From contig JABJMO010000031.1 of assembly GCA_018659375.1 (NCBI GenBank), positions 39,233 to 103,232 on the forward strand: 64,000 bases of DNA. Direction: 5' to 3'. The position numbers and the translations under genes were made by a program. Within the stretch, counting starts at the first letter, position 1; every line of letters starts with the position of its first letter. Below the pieces are notes generated by a model. That model worked only from the letters and a program-made list of their open reading frames with translations. It was not told the DNA's origin and ran no database searches. Below, piece by piece: positions 1 through 9,869 of the stretch. The stretch is from Methanobacteriota archaeon. GTDB lineage: Archaea; Thermoplasmatota; Poseidoniia; Poseidoniales; Poseidoniaceae.

Positions 1-1448
1 CCTAAATCAAAAGATGTTGCAACTGTTTCACCAATGTCAGAGCCTGATGCGGCATCATCTTGCGGAGTTGCGCAAGCATTGACAGCGTTGCCGATTTCCA
101 TTGTGTCATCGGCTAACTCGACATTATCTTCTTCATTCCTTTCAGTGACCATTTCTTCTGAATCAAGGACAATAAATACATTGTATTCTCCATCAACAAT
201 ATTTGTTGGTATTGCTCCGTTAATTGTAATAACTTGGGTGGCATTAATTGCCAGTCCAGAAGTCCAAGTTGCATTACCTAGATTGTGGTCTACCCAAGTT
301 TGCCCTGAATCAACACTTAGGATAACTTCAGCCATGAAAGAATCTGTTAAATCTAAAGTTCCATCATTGATTACTGTTATGTCGAAAGGTACTAAGTCAC
401 CCGGATTTGCTGCTAGCCCAAAACTAACATTATCGATTGCTAGGTTTGGAGTTGGTACACTATAATTAGTCCAAACATCTAACGAATAATTGCCACTACC
501 TGAGAAATGAGTGGCATTGATGTAATATGTCCCCTGTTGATTTTCGAATGTGGTGTCAAGGGAAGTGACAAATTCATCGCCATCATTGAAATTGCCCGAT
601 GAATCAATAATTGAGCCATTGGTTTGATGAAGAAGTAGGTCAAAATCTACCCCTGAATCCATTGTTAGAGTTGCGGTTATGGTGTGGTTTACCGGTACGT
701 CGAAGGCAAAAACATCCCCGCCATCAGAGCCGTCAAGACACCCAGTGTAACTAGCAGTCACATTGCTGCCCATATTTGTGGGAGACTCGGACCAGTTTTG
801 CGGAGCATCTTGTCCAGTATTACCATCATTCTGTGGCGAGTACCAATCGACACATGATTCGGTATAGTTTGTCCAAATGTCCAAATCATAATCACCAATT
901 GATGAGCTCCCACCCGCATTGTATGGGAAAACAACAATCCAATATGTTCCAGGAGTAGATTCGTTCAAACTACCCGACGTAGAAACCGACTCTACTGGGT
1001 CGCCATATTCTGATGCGTCCACAGCAACGTATGAACCATTATCTTCGTATGCAAGGTACAAATCATAATCGTTAGCATAATTTGACATTGTTACTTCGAT
1101 GTTGTAGTCTTGATCCATAGAAAATTCATACCAATCCTCAGTGTCAGCAGTATCTGCACAACTAGTAAACGAGTCGGTTGGGTTGGAGCCTAGGTCTTTG
1201 GCGGTGTTAGTTGTCGCATTTCCTGCGTCGCCTGGAGACCCTCCGTCATTTTGTATGGCTGGGCATGGTGCTCCAACTGCATTTTTGAGGTCTTTTCTTA
1301 ACTCATCCAATAATACCGGTTCGCCAAACGGATTCTGACCTTCTTCTTGCTCAAATGTTTCCAAACTAAGCGGGTTATAGGTACTCATTATCGGCGATAA
1401 TGCAGTAATGATGAACATAATTCCAACTAAAAATCGCAGATTACGCAT
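1..1448 (-). CDS. Secreted repeat protein, N-terminal portion (runs off the left window edge): signal peptide + two PPC (pre-peptidase C-terminal)-like domains + CARDB-like domain
   Basis: Absent from the supplied ORF track because there is no stop inside the window. My own reverse-strand translation: ATG at 1448-1446 gives MRNLRFLVGIMFIITALSPIMS (signal-peptide-like) and the frame stays open to base 1. Two repeats show the PPC pattern (DTEDWYEF..DYDLYL..GTYWIVV..YDLDIW and GGDVFAFDV..DFDLLL..GTYYINA..YSLDVW). Each is preceded by a Cys plus a QNDG acidic loop. PNLAIDNVSF..GDLVPFDITVINDG follows and is CARDB-like. Confidence 0.6.
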   Translation of the reverse strand, partial: MRNLRFLVGIMFIITALSPIMSTYNPLSLETFEQEEGQNPFGEPVLLDELRKDLKNAVGAPCPAIQNDGGSPGDAGNATTNTAKDLGSNPTDSFTSCADTADTEDWYEFSMDQDYNIEVTMSNYANDYDLYLAYEDNGSYVAVDASEYGDPVESVSTSGSLNESTPGTYWIVVFPYNAGGSSSIGDYDLDIWTNYTESCVDWYSPQNDGNTGQDAPQNWSESPTNMGSNVTASYTGCLDGSDGGDVFAFDVPVNHTITATLTMDSGVDFDLLLHQTNGSIIDSSGNFNDGDEFVTSLDTTFENQQGTYYINATHFSGSGNYSLDVWTNYSVPTPNLAIDNVSFGLAANPGDLVPFDITVINDGTLDLTDSFMAEVILSVDSGQTWVDHNLGNATWTSGLAINATQVITINGAIPTNIVDGEYNVFIVLDSEEMVTERNEEDNVELADDTMEIGNAVNACATPQDDAASGSDIGETVATSFDL

Positions 1449-1498
1449 GGCTCTCACAATTTCTTGTGCGCGCCGCTAAGTTATCAAAGTACGGTTAT

Positions 1499-3145
1499 TC
1501 AGTTAACAGAGAGTGGTTTAGGAGAGGAAGCATTTACCGCTTCTGAGACCCCTTGTTGATAACGTTTGAAGTTCTCAATAAACATACTTGCCAAATTATC
1601 TGCAGTGGCATCATACTCATTTGAATTATTCCACGTCTTAATCGGCTGCAATACATCACTTGGCACCCCTGGACATGAGGTTGGAACTTCAAAACCAAAT
1701 CTATTATCCTTGACATATTCAACGTTGTCTAAATCGCCATCCAAGGCAGCATTCAACATTGCTCTTGTGTACTTGATCTTCATTCGATTACCAACGCCAT
1801 AAGGACCCCCGGACCAACCGGTGTTGATCAGCCAAGCTGTAGCGTTATGTTCTTCCATTTTCTGCGAAAGTAAGTCTGCGTAAACACCAGGGTGCATAGG
1901 CATGAATGGCTCCCCAAAGCAAGCTGAAAAGGTTGCTTGCGGTTCTTTTACTCCTATTTCAGTGCCTGCAACCTTAGCAGTATAACCTGAGATAAAATGG
2001 TATGCTGCTTGGTCAGGGCTCAGTCTAGAAATCGGCGGTAGAACGCCAAACGCATCACAAGTAAGGAAAATTACGTTTTGTGGGTGCCCTCCTTTGGAAT
2101 CAGAGGTACGGTTATCAATGAATTCTATCGGATAAGAACCCCTGGTGTTCTGAGTTTTAGAGGTGTCATGGAAATCTGGCACGCCGTTATCATCCATTAC
2201 GATGTTTTCTAGAATTGAGCCAAATTTTCTTGTGGTGCCAAAGATTGCTGGTTCGTCTTCTTCGGACAAGTCAATTAATTTGGCGTAACAACCGCCTTCG
2301 AAATTAAACACTCCATTGGCGCCCCAGCCATGTTCGTCATCACCGATTAAAGCGCGCTTAGGATCGGCAGACAAGGTGGTTTTTCCTGTCCCAGACAAGC
2401 CAAAGAAAATTGCCGTATTTTCGCCAGTGGTATTAGCTGAACAGTGCATTGGAAGGATGCCTTTTTTTGGTAAAATTAGATTCATAACAGAAAAGATTGA
2501 TTTTTTAATCTCTCCAGCATATCTTGTTCCACCAATAATGACTTCTTTAGCTTCATAGTTTACCATCACAAAGCACTGAGAGTTTAGCCCATCATGTTCA
2601 GCATTTGCTTCATAATGTGGCGCGTGGAATACAGTAAAATCGGGTGAATGCTGATCCATTTGGTCTGCACTTGGCCTGATGAACATATTTCTAGCAAAGG
2701 CATTGTGCCAAGCGTTTTGATTGATGACGCGTATTGGTAACGCTTCACTAAAGTCGGCACCACAGTATAGGTCTTGAACAAATAGGTCTTCTTGTTTGGA
2801 TAAGTAGTCAACTACTTTCACCCTCATTCTGTTAAACGTCTCCAAATCAGTTGAAACGTTGACGTCTCCCCAGTTAATGTCAGCATTAGTGCTCGCTTCA
2901 TCGACGATGTATTTGTCGTTGGGCGACCTCCCGGTTCTTTCACCGGTTTCAGTAACCAATGCTTTGTGAGCACTGTATACTCCTTCGCCTCGAGAGACTG
3001 CCAATTCAACTAGAGTCTCCACAGGTAGATTCCAGTGGATGTTTCCTGCACAATCTAATCCGTGCTCGGAAAGGTCGCCTTTCGGCTCACCTAGTGTCTC
3101 GGCCATACCAAATCGTGTCAAAGGTTGTCTTTCTCCTTTTCGCAT
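1499..3145 (-). CDS. pckA: Phosphoenolpyruvate carboxykinase (ATP)
   Basis: Motifs TGRSPNDKYIV, GGTRYAGEIKKS, P-loop GLSGTGKTTLS and IGDDEHGW, with typical length. The ORF-track start at 3184 is TTG, so I used the first ATG at 3145 (MRKGERQ..). Confidence 0.93.
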   Translation of the reverse strand: MRKGERQPLTRFGMAETLGEPKGDLSEHGLDCAGNIHWNLPVETLVELAVSRGEGVYSAHKALVTETGERTGRSPNDKYIVDEASTNADINWGDVNVSTDLETFNRMRVKVVDYLSKQEDLFVQDLYCGADFSEALPIRVINQNAWHNAFARNMFIRPSADQMDQHSPDFTVFHAPHYEANAEHDGLNSQCFVMVNYEAKEVIIGGTRYAGEIKKSIFSVMNLILPKKGILPMHCSANTTGENTAIFFGLSGTGKTTLSADPKRALIGDDEHGWGANGVFNFEGGCYAKLIDLSEEDEPAIFGTTRKFGSILENIVMDDNGVPDFHDTSKTQNTRGSYPIEFIDNRTSDSKGGHPQNVIFLTCDAFGVLPPISRLSPDQAAYHFISGYTAKVAGTEIGVKEPQATFSACFGEPFMPMHPGVYADLLSQKMEEHNATAWLINTGWSGGPYGVGNRMKIKYTRAMLNAALDGDLDNVEYVKDNRFGFEVPTSCPGVPSDVLQPIKTWNNSNEYDATADNLASMFIENFKRYQQGVSEAVNASSPKPLSVN

Positions 3146-3258
3146 GTAAGTACCCCAAAAAATTGTGCTTTGGGCCTGATACAACCGCCGCCAAATTGGT
3201 GAAAAATTATCCCAAATAGGGGCGAGTATTGAATAGCAGTAGTCAAAGCCTTAGTTAC

Positions 3259-6200
3259 ATGTCTAAAGATTCTGATGCTGAAGACGTTACAGATAAGCCC
3301 GTTAACAAACGGGATGAAGTTATCAGGAAGCAATCATTTTCTCGAGCCCGGGGCCTAGACATCTCTTCTTTTATGGTTGAACAAGAAGTGGAAAAGACGC
3401 CGGTTTGGGAAACTGACGTTGAAGAAAAAGAAACCGACATTGCCATGGGGGATGTGGCAGAGATTTTTTCGAAGGGCGGAGAAGATTTTGAACGCCCAGG
3501 GGCAATTCAAAAGGACGGAACAGTAAATAGCGCTCCAGAAATTGATAGCGTCACAGATTTAGCAGTTCATGGTGAAAAGCGGCTTGGTTTTGGCCTGCTG
3601 ATTGCTATGATCTTTTCATGGTCTTTAATCGGGACCATTGTTGGCACAGTACTAAACCCGGTGCTTGGCGCTATTGGACTAACTACAATGGCCATAATGG
3701 GGTTATATCTTGGAGAAAAATGGATTCCTAACCCTAATATGAGGATTCTTGGCGTGACATGGGTCATTATCTCAATGAAACTCATTTACGGGTTAATTCT
3801 GGATATGTGGCATTGGGGCTGGTTGGATGAACTCGGTTTTGCCTCTGAAGATAATATTCTTGGCGCATTATTACTGCTGGGAGTTGTTCTCAACATCGGT
3901 ATTGCTCAGCGTCACGATGAGGATGCGATTGCGGCACAGGCTACATTGATTCTGCTAATTGTCGGGAGTGCTGCTGGTGCTTTGTACGGAGAGTTCGGTG
4001 TCGCCATAATGATTGGTTTGGGCACTATAATGCTACATGGGTTAGCGATTGTAAGAAACTCTGGTAATCTTGCTAGCATGGGTGTTGCTGTATCATATCT
4101 GTGGGTTGGCATGCATGCAATATCAGATAATTGGGTTATCTTTGGATTAGAAATATTACCATTTGAAGATGAATTATTACTGTTTTTACTGATGGTTTGC
4201 GTCACTGCAACTAATTCAACTATTGCAGCCAAATTTGTCGATAAGGATAACTGGTTTTCAGATGCCTTCAAATCTTTAGGTTTGGGCAAACCCGGCCTAT
4301 GGTCAGTTTCTGTTGGGCTTGGAATGATTGGCGCTCTATTAGCGGTTGCTGCAAACCGCCTTGAAACTGGTTACGCTTTGGCTCAGCTAGTGTTGCTGCT
4401 TACCGCTTTTAGTGCATCATATCTTGTTGTTAGAGGTGTTGAGTGGACTAAATTACTGCCATTAATTGTGATGCCGGCGCCAATTCTGCTGTTTATGTTG
4501 TCAATTCTTGAGAGCGGTGCACTTGACTTATCAATTCCATTTGGACTCGGCCCATACAGCATTTATGCGGCATTAACTGCAGCACTAACCGCAAGTGCTT
4601 TGTTGAAAAATCAAACAGCAGTATCTGACCACGTCTTGTGGGCTGGTGGCCTGTTAATTGTGTTTTTACTGACATTACTAATTCCGGCCGATGATGCTGC
4701 AAGCGGGTCTAGAACTCTTCTTGTCAGTCAAGGAATTGTATGGGTCGGGTTAGCACAGTTATCGATGCGCAGAGACTCCCCTTCAATTGCTGGGACTGCC
4801 GTGGTAGGTCCATGGGTTTGGCTACTATTTTTTGCCACCGATGTTGAAAGCAGGTTGGTATCTGCTGACTACATTCCTATTTCTATTGACCAATATGATT
4901 TGGCAATTTGGATGTTAGTTCTACTATCCCAACAAATTTGGGTAAATGTAAAGCATGGTGAAACTGGATTCAACCTGGCCTCTAGGTTAAGCGGAATGTC
5001 TGAATTAGGTGCGCGAATTCGTGATTCCGAGGTATTGCAGTTATGGAACCTGAGTTTCTTATTAGCATTATTTGTTACATGGTCAATTACCAGGCCAGGT
5101 GCATTACCAGCCATTGGGCTATTTTCCATGCTAACGCTATTGTTGATCAGCCATTCTGTTATGGTCTACTTAGACAAACACAAGGGTCGGCCAAGGACAC
5201 TGATGACCATTTGGGGCGCATCAACCATCGCATTGTCGTGGAGTTATGGTCAAGAAGCAGTATGGGCTGGAACATTGGTTATTTCCTGCGGCATCCTATT
5301 ATTGGCATCTGACAAGATGAAGAAAGCTGGCCTTAGTGATGAGTTGTTAAAGAAGGCTGAGGCTTTACCAGGCCAATTGTTGACATTAATGATGGGCTTA
5401 CTATCTGGTTTCTTCATCGTAATTGCCCTCGAACCGCTTAATTTAATGATGCTAGACGGTAATGGATATTTGCTGAGTGAGGAATTGAATCTATATACTA
5501 TCACTGCCATTACTCTGGTGGCTTTGGCGCTATACCTGAAGAGGGCTGCAACCCTTGAGAAATTGTTGCCCCCGGCAATGGCTGCTGTTGGATTATTGGT
5601 CGTAATGGGGTATGCTGCCCAAGTGAAAGAATCCTCTATTGTCACGCTTGCTACAGTATTAGCATTCCTCGGCTCCGGTGCTTACTTGGCCCTGCAGGGT
5701 GAGTTTAGAACTGAGTTGCGTTCTATCGCGAAGCGTGAAGAGCGGTTGAAGAAAATTCAAGAAAAGCGTGAGCGGTTAGAAAAATTTATCGACGTTCAAG
5801 CATCTATTGAGGACTCTGCAAAACCTATTGATGAGTTACAAGATAACAAGGCTAAACTGAAAATGATTGACGTCGAAATGCTTGATTTGGCTGAAAAACA
5901 ACGAAAAAGAGCGAAGAGAGCCGGAACTTCTGCCCAGTATGATTTGGAAATTGGCGATATTCATCATCGACCTGTTATTGTAATTGCGTTCCTAATTACC
6001 ACTATTCTTGCTTCAACTTTCATCGCTTTCACTACATCAATGTCTTACTTAGTCTTGGCTTTTTGTGTAGTAGTTTCAATTCTGTTTATTGCTCTAGCAA
6101 GGCTGCGAGCCAACGAAATCGGTTTGCGTTTGCCGGATGTCGCTGGAATTGAACTGCCAATTGCAATCTCAATGGTTGGACTAGTATTAGTCCATTTAGC

Positions 6201-7152
6201 CGGAAGAATCTCGGATTCTGTTGTCGGGCTTGATGACGCCAAACACTTGGCGGTAATTACCGCGGGGCTTTGCACATTAGCAAGTATTGGCCTAGTTGGC
6301 AGAAATGACCTAGGATTAAGAATTCCTAATGCGGTTGAAGGTGTGGTTTACCTGCTGGTTATGGATCGCATCATGGCCTTGATTATTGGCGGAGAAGTAC
6401 CTGTTATGTATCAGGTAAATCCATTAGATGGCGGAATTGTTGATTGGACTTTACCATTATTATTTGTTGAGATTGTACTAGTCATTTGTGTCATCGCCTA
6501 CGACTGGGTTGAAGGTCAGCGTATTAGGCGAGGTCTAGAAGACCATCGGGGGGCGGCAGGCAGGGCTGCTTGGGTAATCTTTGCTGGATTAATTTCCGTG
6601 GGTTTTGCCGGAATCTTAGCTATTGTCATGGTGCTTCGCCGAGGATGGAATTGGACACAACCGGCTGCGGTTATGGTATCGTGGCTAATGATTCCATTTA
6701 GTTTCACAGGACTTGCATTTTGGACTTTTGAACTCGTTGGATTAGCAGTGCCTGGAATTCATCTGATCGCAACAATAACTGGTTTGATAAGCATAATATT
6801 TGTCGTTTGGACCATCATATCTGATTCCGGAATTTGGCTTGCTGGAGGATTATGGTCGATGCATTTGATGCTAATCCCAGCCGGTTTTGGCTGGGACGGT
6901 TTGCTAATCGTTTCGGTATTGTTGATTATTTGTTCAACAACTTCATGGGTCAGCGGTATCCTCACTATGAGAAAGGCATGGAGAGTATTTGGCGCAATAG
7001 ATATGATACTATCTTGGATTGTTGCAATGGTATTATTCAGCACTGGTGCTGGAATAGAAACAATGTTAGCAGTGTTAATTGCTTCATCTGTGCTGCTTGG
7101 TATTGTGACTTACTTGAACCAGACATATGAGAAAACTATCATCAACGGATAA
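3259..7152 (+). CDS. Very large polytopic membrane protein, function unknown
   Basis: Long uninterrupted ORF. It has an acidic soluble N-terminus of about 110 aa, then near-continuous hydrophobic helices. A charged K/R/E-rich stretch (REERLKKIQEKRERLEKF..AEKQRKRAKRAG) at about 5700-5950 interrupts them. The track start at 3229 is TTG, so I used the ATG at 3259 (MSKDSDAED). Confidence 0.75.
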   Translation: MSKDSDAEDVTDKPVNKRDEVIRKQSFSRARGLDISSFMVEQEVEKTPVWETDVEEKETDIAMGDVAEIFSKGGEDFERPGAIQKDGTVNSAPEIDSVTDLAVHGEKRLGFGLLIAMIFSWSLIGTIVGTVLNPVLGAIGLTTMAIMGLYLGEKWIPNPNMRILGVTWVIISMKLIYGLILDMWHWGWLDELGFASEDNILGALLLLGVVLNIGIAQRHDEDAIAAQATLILLIVGSAAGALYGEFGVAIMIGLGTIMLHGLAIVRNSGNLASMGVAVSYLWVGMHAISDNWVIFGLEILPFEDELLLFLLMVCVTATNSTIAAKFVDKDNWFSDAFKSLGLGKPGLWSVSVGLGMIGALLAVAANRLETGYALAQLVLLLTAFSASYLVVRGVEWTKLLPLIVMPAPILLFMLSILESGALDLSIPFGLGPYSIYAALTAALTASALLKNQTAVSDHVLWAGGLLIVFLLTLLIPADDAASGSRTLLVSQGIVWVGLAQLSMRRDSPSIAGTAVVGPWVWLLFFATDVESRLVSADYIPISIDQYDLAIWMLVLLSQQIWVNVKHGETGFNLASRLSGMSELGARIRDSEVLQLWNLSFLLALFVTWSITRPGALPAIGLFSMLTLLLISHSVMVYLDKHKGRPRTLMTIWGASTIALSWSYGQEAVWAGTLVISCGILLLASDKMKKAGLSDELLKKAEALPGQLLTLMMGLLSGFFIVIALEPLNLMMLDGNGYLLSEELNLYTITAITLVALALYLKRAATLEKLLPPAMAAVGLLVVMGYAAQVKESSIVTLATVLAFLGSGAYLALQGEFRTELRSIAKREERLKKIQEKRERLEKFIDVQASIEDSAKPIDELQDNKAKLKMIDVEMLDLAEKQRKRAKRAGTSAQYDLEIGDIHHRPVIVIAFLITTILASTFIAFTTSMSYLVLAFCVVVSILFIALARLRANEIGLRLPDVAGIELPIAISMVGLVLVHLAGRISDSVVGLDDAKHLAVITAGLCTLASIGLVGRNDLGLRIPNAVEGVVYLLVMDRIMALIIGGEVPVMYQVNPLDGGIVDWTLPLLFVEIVLVICVIAYDWVEGQRIRRGLEDHRGAAGRAAWVIFAGLISVGFAGILAIVMVLRRGWNWTQPAAVMVSWLMIPFSFTGLAFWTFELVGLAVPGIHLIATITGLISIIFVVWTIISDSGIWLAGGLWSMHLMLIPAGFGWDGLLIVSVLLIICSTTSWVSGILTMRKAWRVFGAIDMILSWIVAMVLFSTGAGIETMLAVLIASSVLLGIVTYLNQTYEKTIING

Positions 7153-8797
7153 CCATGACTTTGGCTAGTTGCTGGCACGCCGAATCTATTGCAGTTTGGA
7201 TACCACTGTAATCGCCACCATATTCTAGCCTTACGGAAACTGAAATTTTTGCCTGAGTCCCGCTATTTCTTATTCCAATAGACAGCATGCTGCCGCCATA
7301 ATTACATGTGATTGCCATCAAGTTTGGCTCACCGCTAATAGTTCCTCTGGACCAATTAGCAACAGAATTATGAGTGGTTAAAATCTGTTTCAGCAAAGAC
7401 TCTATATTGTCTGATAATTGATTCTTACCGTCCCATTTACCACGGTCTACATTCTTCACTGATTGCCGCTTCTTCCAGCCTCTTTTCATCAAATTTGTCT
7501 CATCACAGGTATGAATTGCGATGAGATAGGCAACTAATGTCATTGTTCCATCTCCGACCAGTGACCATTGATTACTCGAATTAGGGTGAGGAGCGGGAAG
7601 AACGATATGTCCAGAATCTTCTACACCAATTACAGTTGGCATATCGACGCTATCAAAATATACGTGGTTAGATTCTTGGCCAGATAGTGCAAAGGAGAGC
7701 CATCGATCGCCAACTGCCGTTTCGAAAGAATATACTATACTTTGAAACCGGTCTAAGTTAGTTGTAAGCGATAAATCCGATTCTATGCTTGCTGCTAAAG
7801 TCCATGATTGACCGGCTTTGGTAACGCTATTAACAAAGGTATCAGCAATACGATCGCCATCAATTACCTGATATCCCGTTGTTGTGGTTTCAATTAACAA
7901 ACATCGGTCGCCATCACCATCCAATGCAGCGGCAACAATTAATCCTGCATCACATTTAGGTAGTTGTTGAATTAACAGATGCGGGGATTTCTGCGCTTCG
8001 GCAAATGTCCACGTTTGCGTAGGAGAAAAATCTCCAGCCCCGCAATTAAGATTCATGGCCTCTGCTTCAGTACTTACTTCTCTCGCTTCAATGCCCCAAG
8101 CAGACAACCACTCAGCAAACCAAATACTCGCAGTCCCTTTAGATGAGTCGATTAGTAGTGGAGTGTTTAGTTTGTTTGAGCTAGTTAATGTTTGATAATT
8201 CACTGATGAGGAAAGAGTGGTGGCTCTATTTTCTAACCATTTTCTATGCTCTGGAATAGACCATTCTGTTAACTCAAACCGTTTTGCCGGCTGTTGTAAA
8301 AATTCAATATCTAGTTGGTCTAATTCTCTCTCTTCTTGGGCTAAGGTGATTAGTGTGTGCGACAAATTTTGCTCGAATGTGGGTGTTGTTTTGTAACCAT
8401 ACCTATTGAAAATTTTGAGCCCTGAATCTTCGACTGGATTATGACTGGCAGTTATCATACAACCGAATTCTGCATTGTGGGATAGGGTTGCTAAGTGCAG
8501 CGTTGGGGTGGCGCATAGCCCTATTTGTACGACTTCAAATTCGGCAAGATTTAATCCAATGGTTAGCGACTCTGCGAGTTTCATATTAGCAGGTCGGTCA
8601 TCCCACCCCACTACTACAATCATTTTCTCCTGCGAGTGTTGATTGATTATTCGGCCAAGTGACTCCCCAATAAGTTTCATTATTGCCGGATGAATCTCTC
8701 GTTGCTCAACTAATCTGCTAATTGCAGTTTTATCATCAACCTGCTCTAGATTAACTAATCCGCGAATTCCATCAGTGCCAAATAGGTTCTCAACCAT
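7142..8797 (-). CDS. Phosphohexomutase superfamily enzyme (phosphoglucosamine / phosphoacetylglucosamine mutase-like)
   Basis: FGTDGIRG near the N-terminus, catalytic Ser loop MITASHNPVEDSGLK, metal loop ALDGDGDRCLL. It is about 100 aa longer than a typical GlmM. The track start at 8806 is GTG; the ATG at 8797 (MVENLFGTDGIRG) is preferred. Confidence 0.82.
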   Translation of the reverse strand: MVENLFGTDGIRGLVNLEQVDDKTAISRLVEQREIHPAIMKLIGESLGRIINQHSQEKMIVVVGWDDRPANMKLAESLTIGLNLAEFEVVQIGLCATPTLHLATLSHNAEFGCMITASHNPVEDSGLKIFNRYGYKTTPTFEQNLSHTLITLAQEERELDQLDIEFLQQPAKRFELTEWSIPEHRKWLENRATTLSSSVNYQTLTSSNKLNTPLLIDSSKGTASIWFAEWLSAWGIEAREVSTEAEAMNLNCGAGDFSPTQTWTFAEAQKSPHLLIQQLPKCDAGLIVAAALDGDGDRCLLIETTTTGYQVIDGDRIADTFVNSVTKAGQSWTLAASIESDLSLTTNLDRFQSIVYSFETAVGDRWLSFALSGQESNHVYFDSVDMPTVIGVEDSGHIVLPAPHPNSSNQWSLVGDGTMTLVAYLIAIHTCDETNLMKRGWKKRQSVKNVDRGKWDGKNQLSDNIESLLKQILTTHNSVANWSRGTISGEPNLMAITCNYGGSMLSIGIRNSGTQAKISVSVRLEYGGDYSGIQTAIDSACQQLAKVMVIR

Positions 8798-8802
8798 CAA
8801 TA

Positions 8803-9504
8803 TCACCTATGGTTGGAATCTTCTCCATAAACACCCGTGACCGTAACATTTGGCCAAACCGTACTATTACAGCCTAATATGGTACCAGGATTTGTTACTG
8901 CATTACAACCTAATTGGCAACCCTCTCCTAATATCGCCCCGAATTTCCTTAAACCACTTGGCCTTCGAGTGTCGCCTATTCTTAGGATTACTTCTGCCCC
9001 ATCATTTCTCAAATTGCTCAGTTTTACGCCTGCTCCAAGGTTAACTGCTGTACCAAGTATTGAATCTCCAACATAGTTGAAGTGGGGTGCTTTGGCTCCC
9101 GGGAGTAAAATTGAGTGTTTCACTTCTGAAGCATGCCCAACTACAGCTTGGGAGCAAATCCAGGAATATTCTCTAACATATGCTCCGTGCCTAATTACGG
9201 CCTCTTTAGCAATATAGCATGGGCCTATGAAATGAGTTGATGGCTCTACTATCGCACCGTGTTCGATAATTACTGGGCCGTTACTTTCATCGAATGAGAT
9301 TGTTGATGAGAATGACTTATGATCTTGTGAATTTGAAGGGTTGCTAACTAATTTGTCGATTTGATGTTTCAAGGAATTAGGTGATGTTTTGTCAAGAATG
9401 GTCCATGAAGGCTCAGACTCTGGTAGTACTGGAATGGTTGTTGATGAGAAATGAGATAGGCTGGGGAACAGGGCTTTAGAAAATACTTCTCTAGGCCATT
9501 GCAT
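8803..9504 (-). CDS. Left-handed beta-helix (hexapeptide repeat) acyltransferase, GlmU C-terminal-domain-like, without a nucleotidyltransferase domain
   Basis: Repeated [LIV]-G-x4 hexapeptide periodicity (IGPCYIAKEAVIRHGAYV.., VGDSILGTAVNLGAGVKLSNL.., LGEGCQLGCNAVTNPGTILG). Only about 85 low-complexity aa precede the beta-helix. It lies directly upstream of the mutase gene on the same strand. Confidence 0.62.
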   Translation of the reverse strand: MQWPREVFSKALFPSLSHFSSTTIPVLPESEPSWTILDKTSPNSLKHQIDKLVSNPSNSQDHKSFSSTISFDESNGPVIIEHGAIVEPSTHFIGPCYIAKEAVIRHGAYVREYSWICSQAVVGHASEVKHSILLPGAKAPHFNYVGDSILGTAVNLGAGVKLSNLRNDGAEVILRIGDTRRPSGLRKFGAILGEGCQLGCNAVTNPGTILGCNSTVWPNVTVTGVYGEDSNHR

Positions 9505-9541
9505 GGTTATCCGAAAAGGTCTATGCCAATGAATCTGCCGT

Positions 9542-9802
9542 TTATGCAGCCACCCTGTACAGCCTCTTACCCGTAGAGTTGTCTAATTTGAAGCCAATAA
9601 TATCAGATAAGTACCGTGGGATAAATAGCCCTACCTTTCTTGTTGTTAGACCATGATTACGCATTCTACGCTCATTAGATAGATAATGAACTATGTCTGC
9701 TGCAGAACAGTCTGGAACTATTGCAATGTATTCTATTATCTCTTCTTTTAGCCTTTCTAGTCTGGCTTCTTTTTGACTTCCTTTCCCTCTCATTTGTCTC
9801 AT
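9542..9802 (-). CDS. Small basic protein, possible winged-helix DNA-binding protein
   Basis: 86 aa with an ATG start. K/R-rich N-terminus followed by a helix-rich core (EEIIEYIAIVPDCSAADIVHYLS). No family recognised. Confidence 0.45.
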   Translation of the reverse strand: MRQMRGKGSQKEARLERLKEEIIEYIAIVPDCSAADIVHYLSNERRMRNHGLTTRKVGLFIPRYLSDIIGFKLDNSTGKRLYRVAA

Positions 9803-9869
9803 GTATTATTACGCTTACAAGATATATAATTGCTAAATTGGGATGTCCTCGGGCCCCCAGTGTGAGTGT

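Noticed and set aside
34-1338. Plus-strand track ORFs 34-465, 776-958 and 1141-1338
   Set aside because: They are shadow ORFs antisense to the long minus-strand secreted-protein gene (1-1448). That gene has a signal peptide and clear domain repeats. The plus-strand translations are low-complexity and motif-free.
3912-5645. Several 86-131-aa ORFs on both strands within the giant membrane gene
   Set aside because: All are embedded in one continuous 3.9-kb ORF with coherent membrane-protein composition, and none has motifs.
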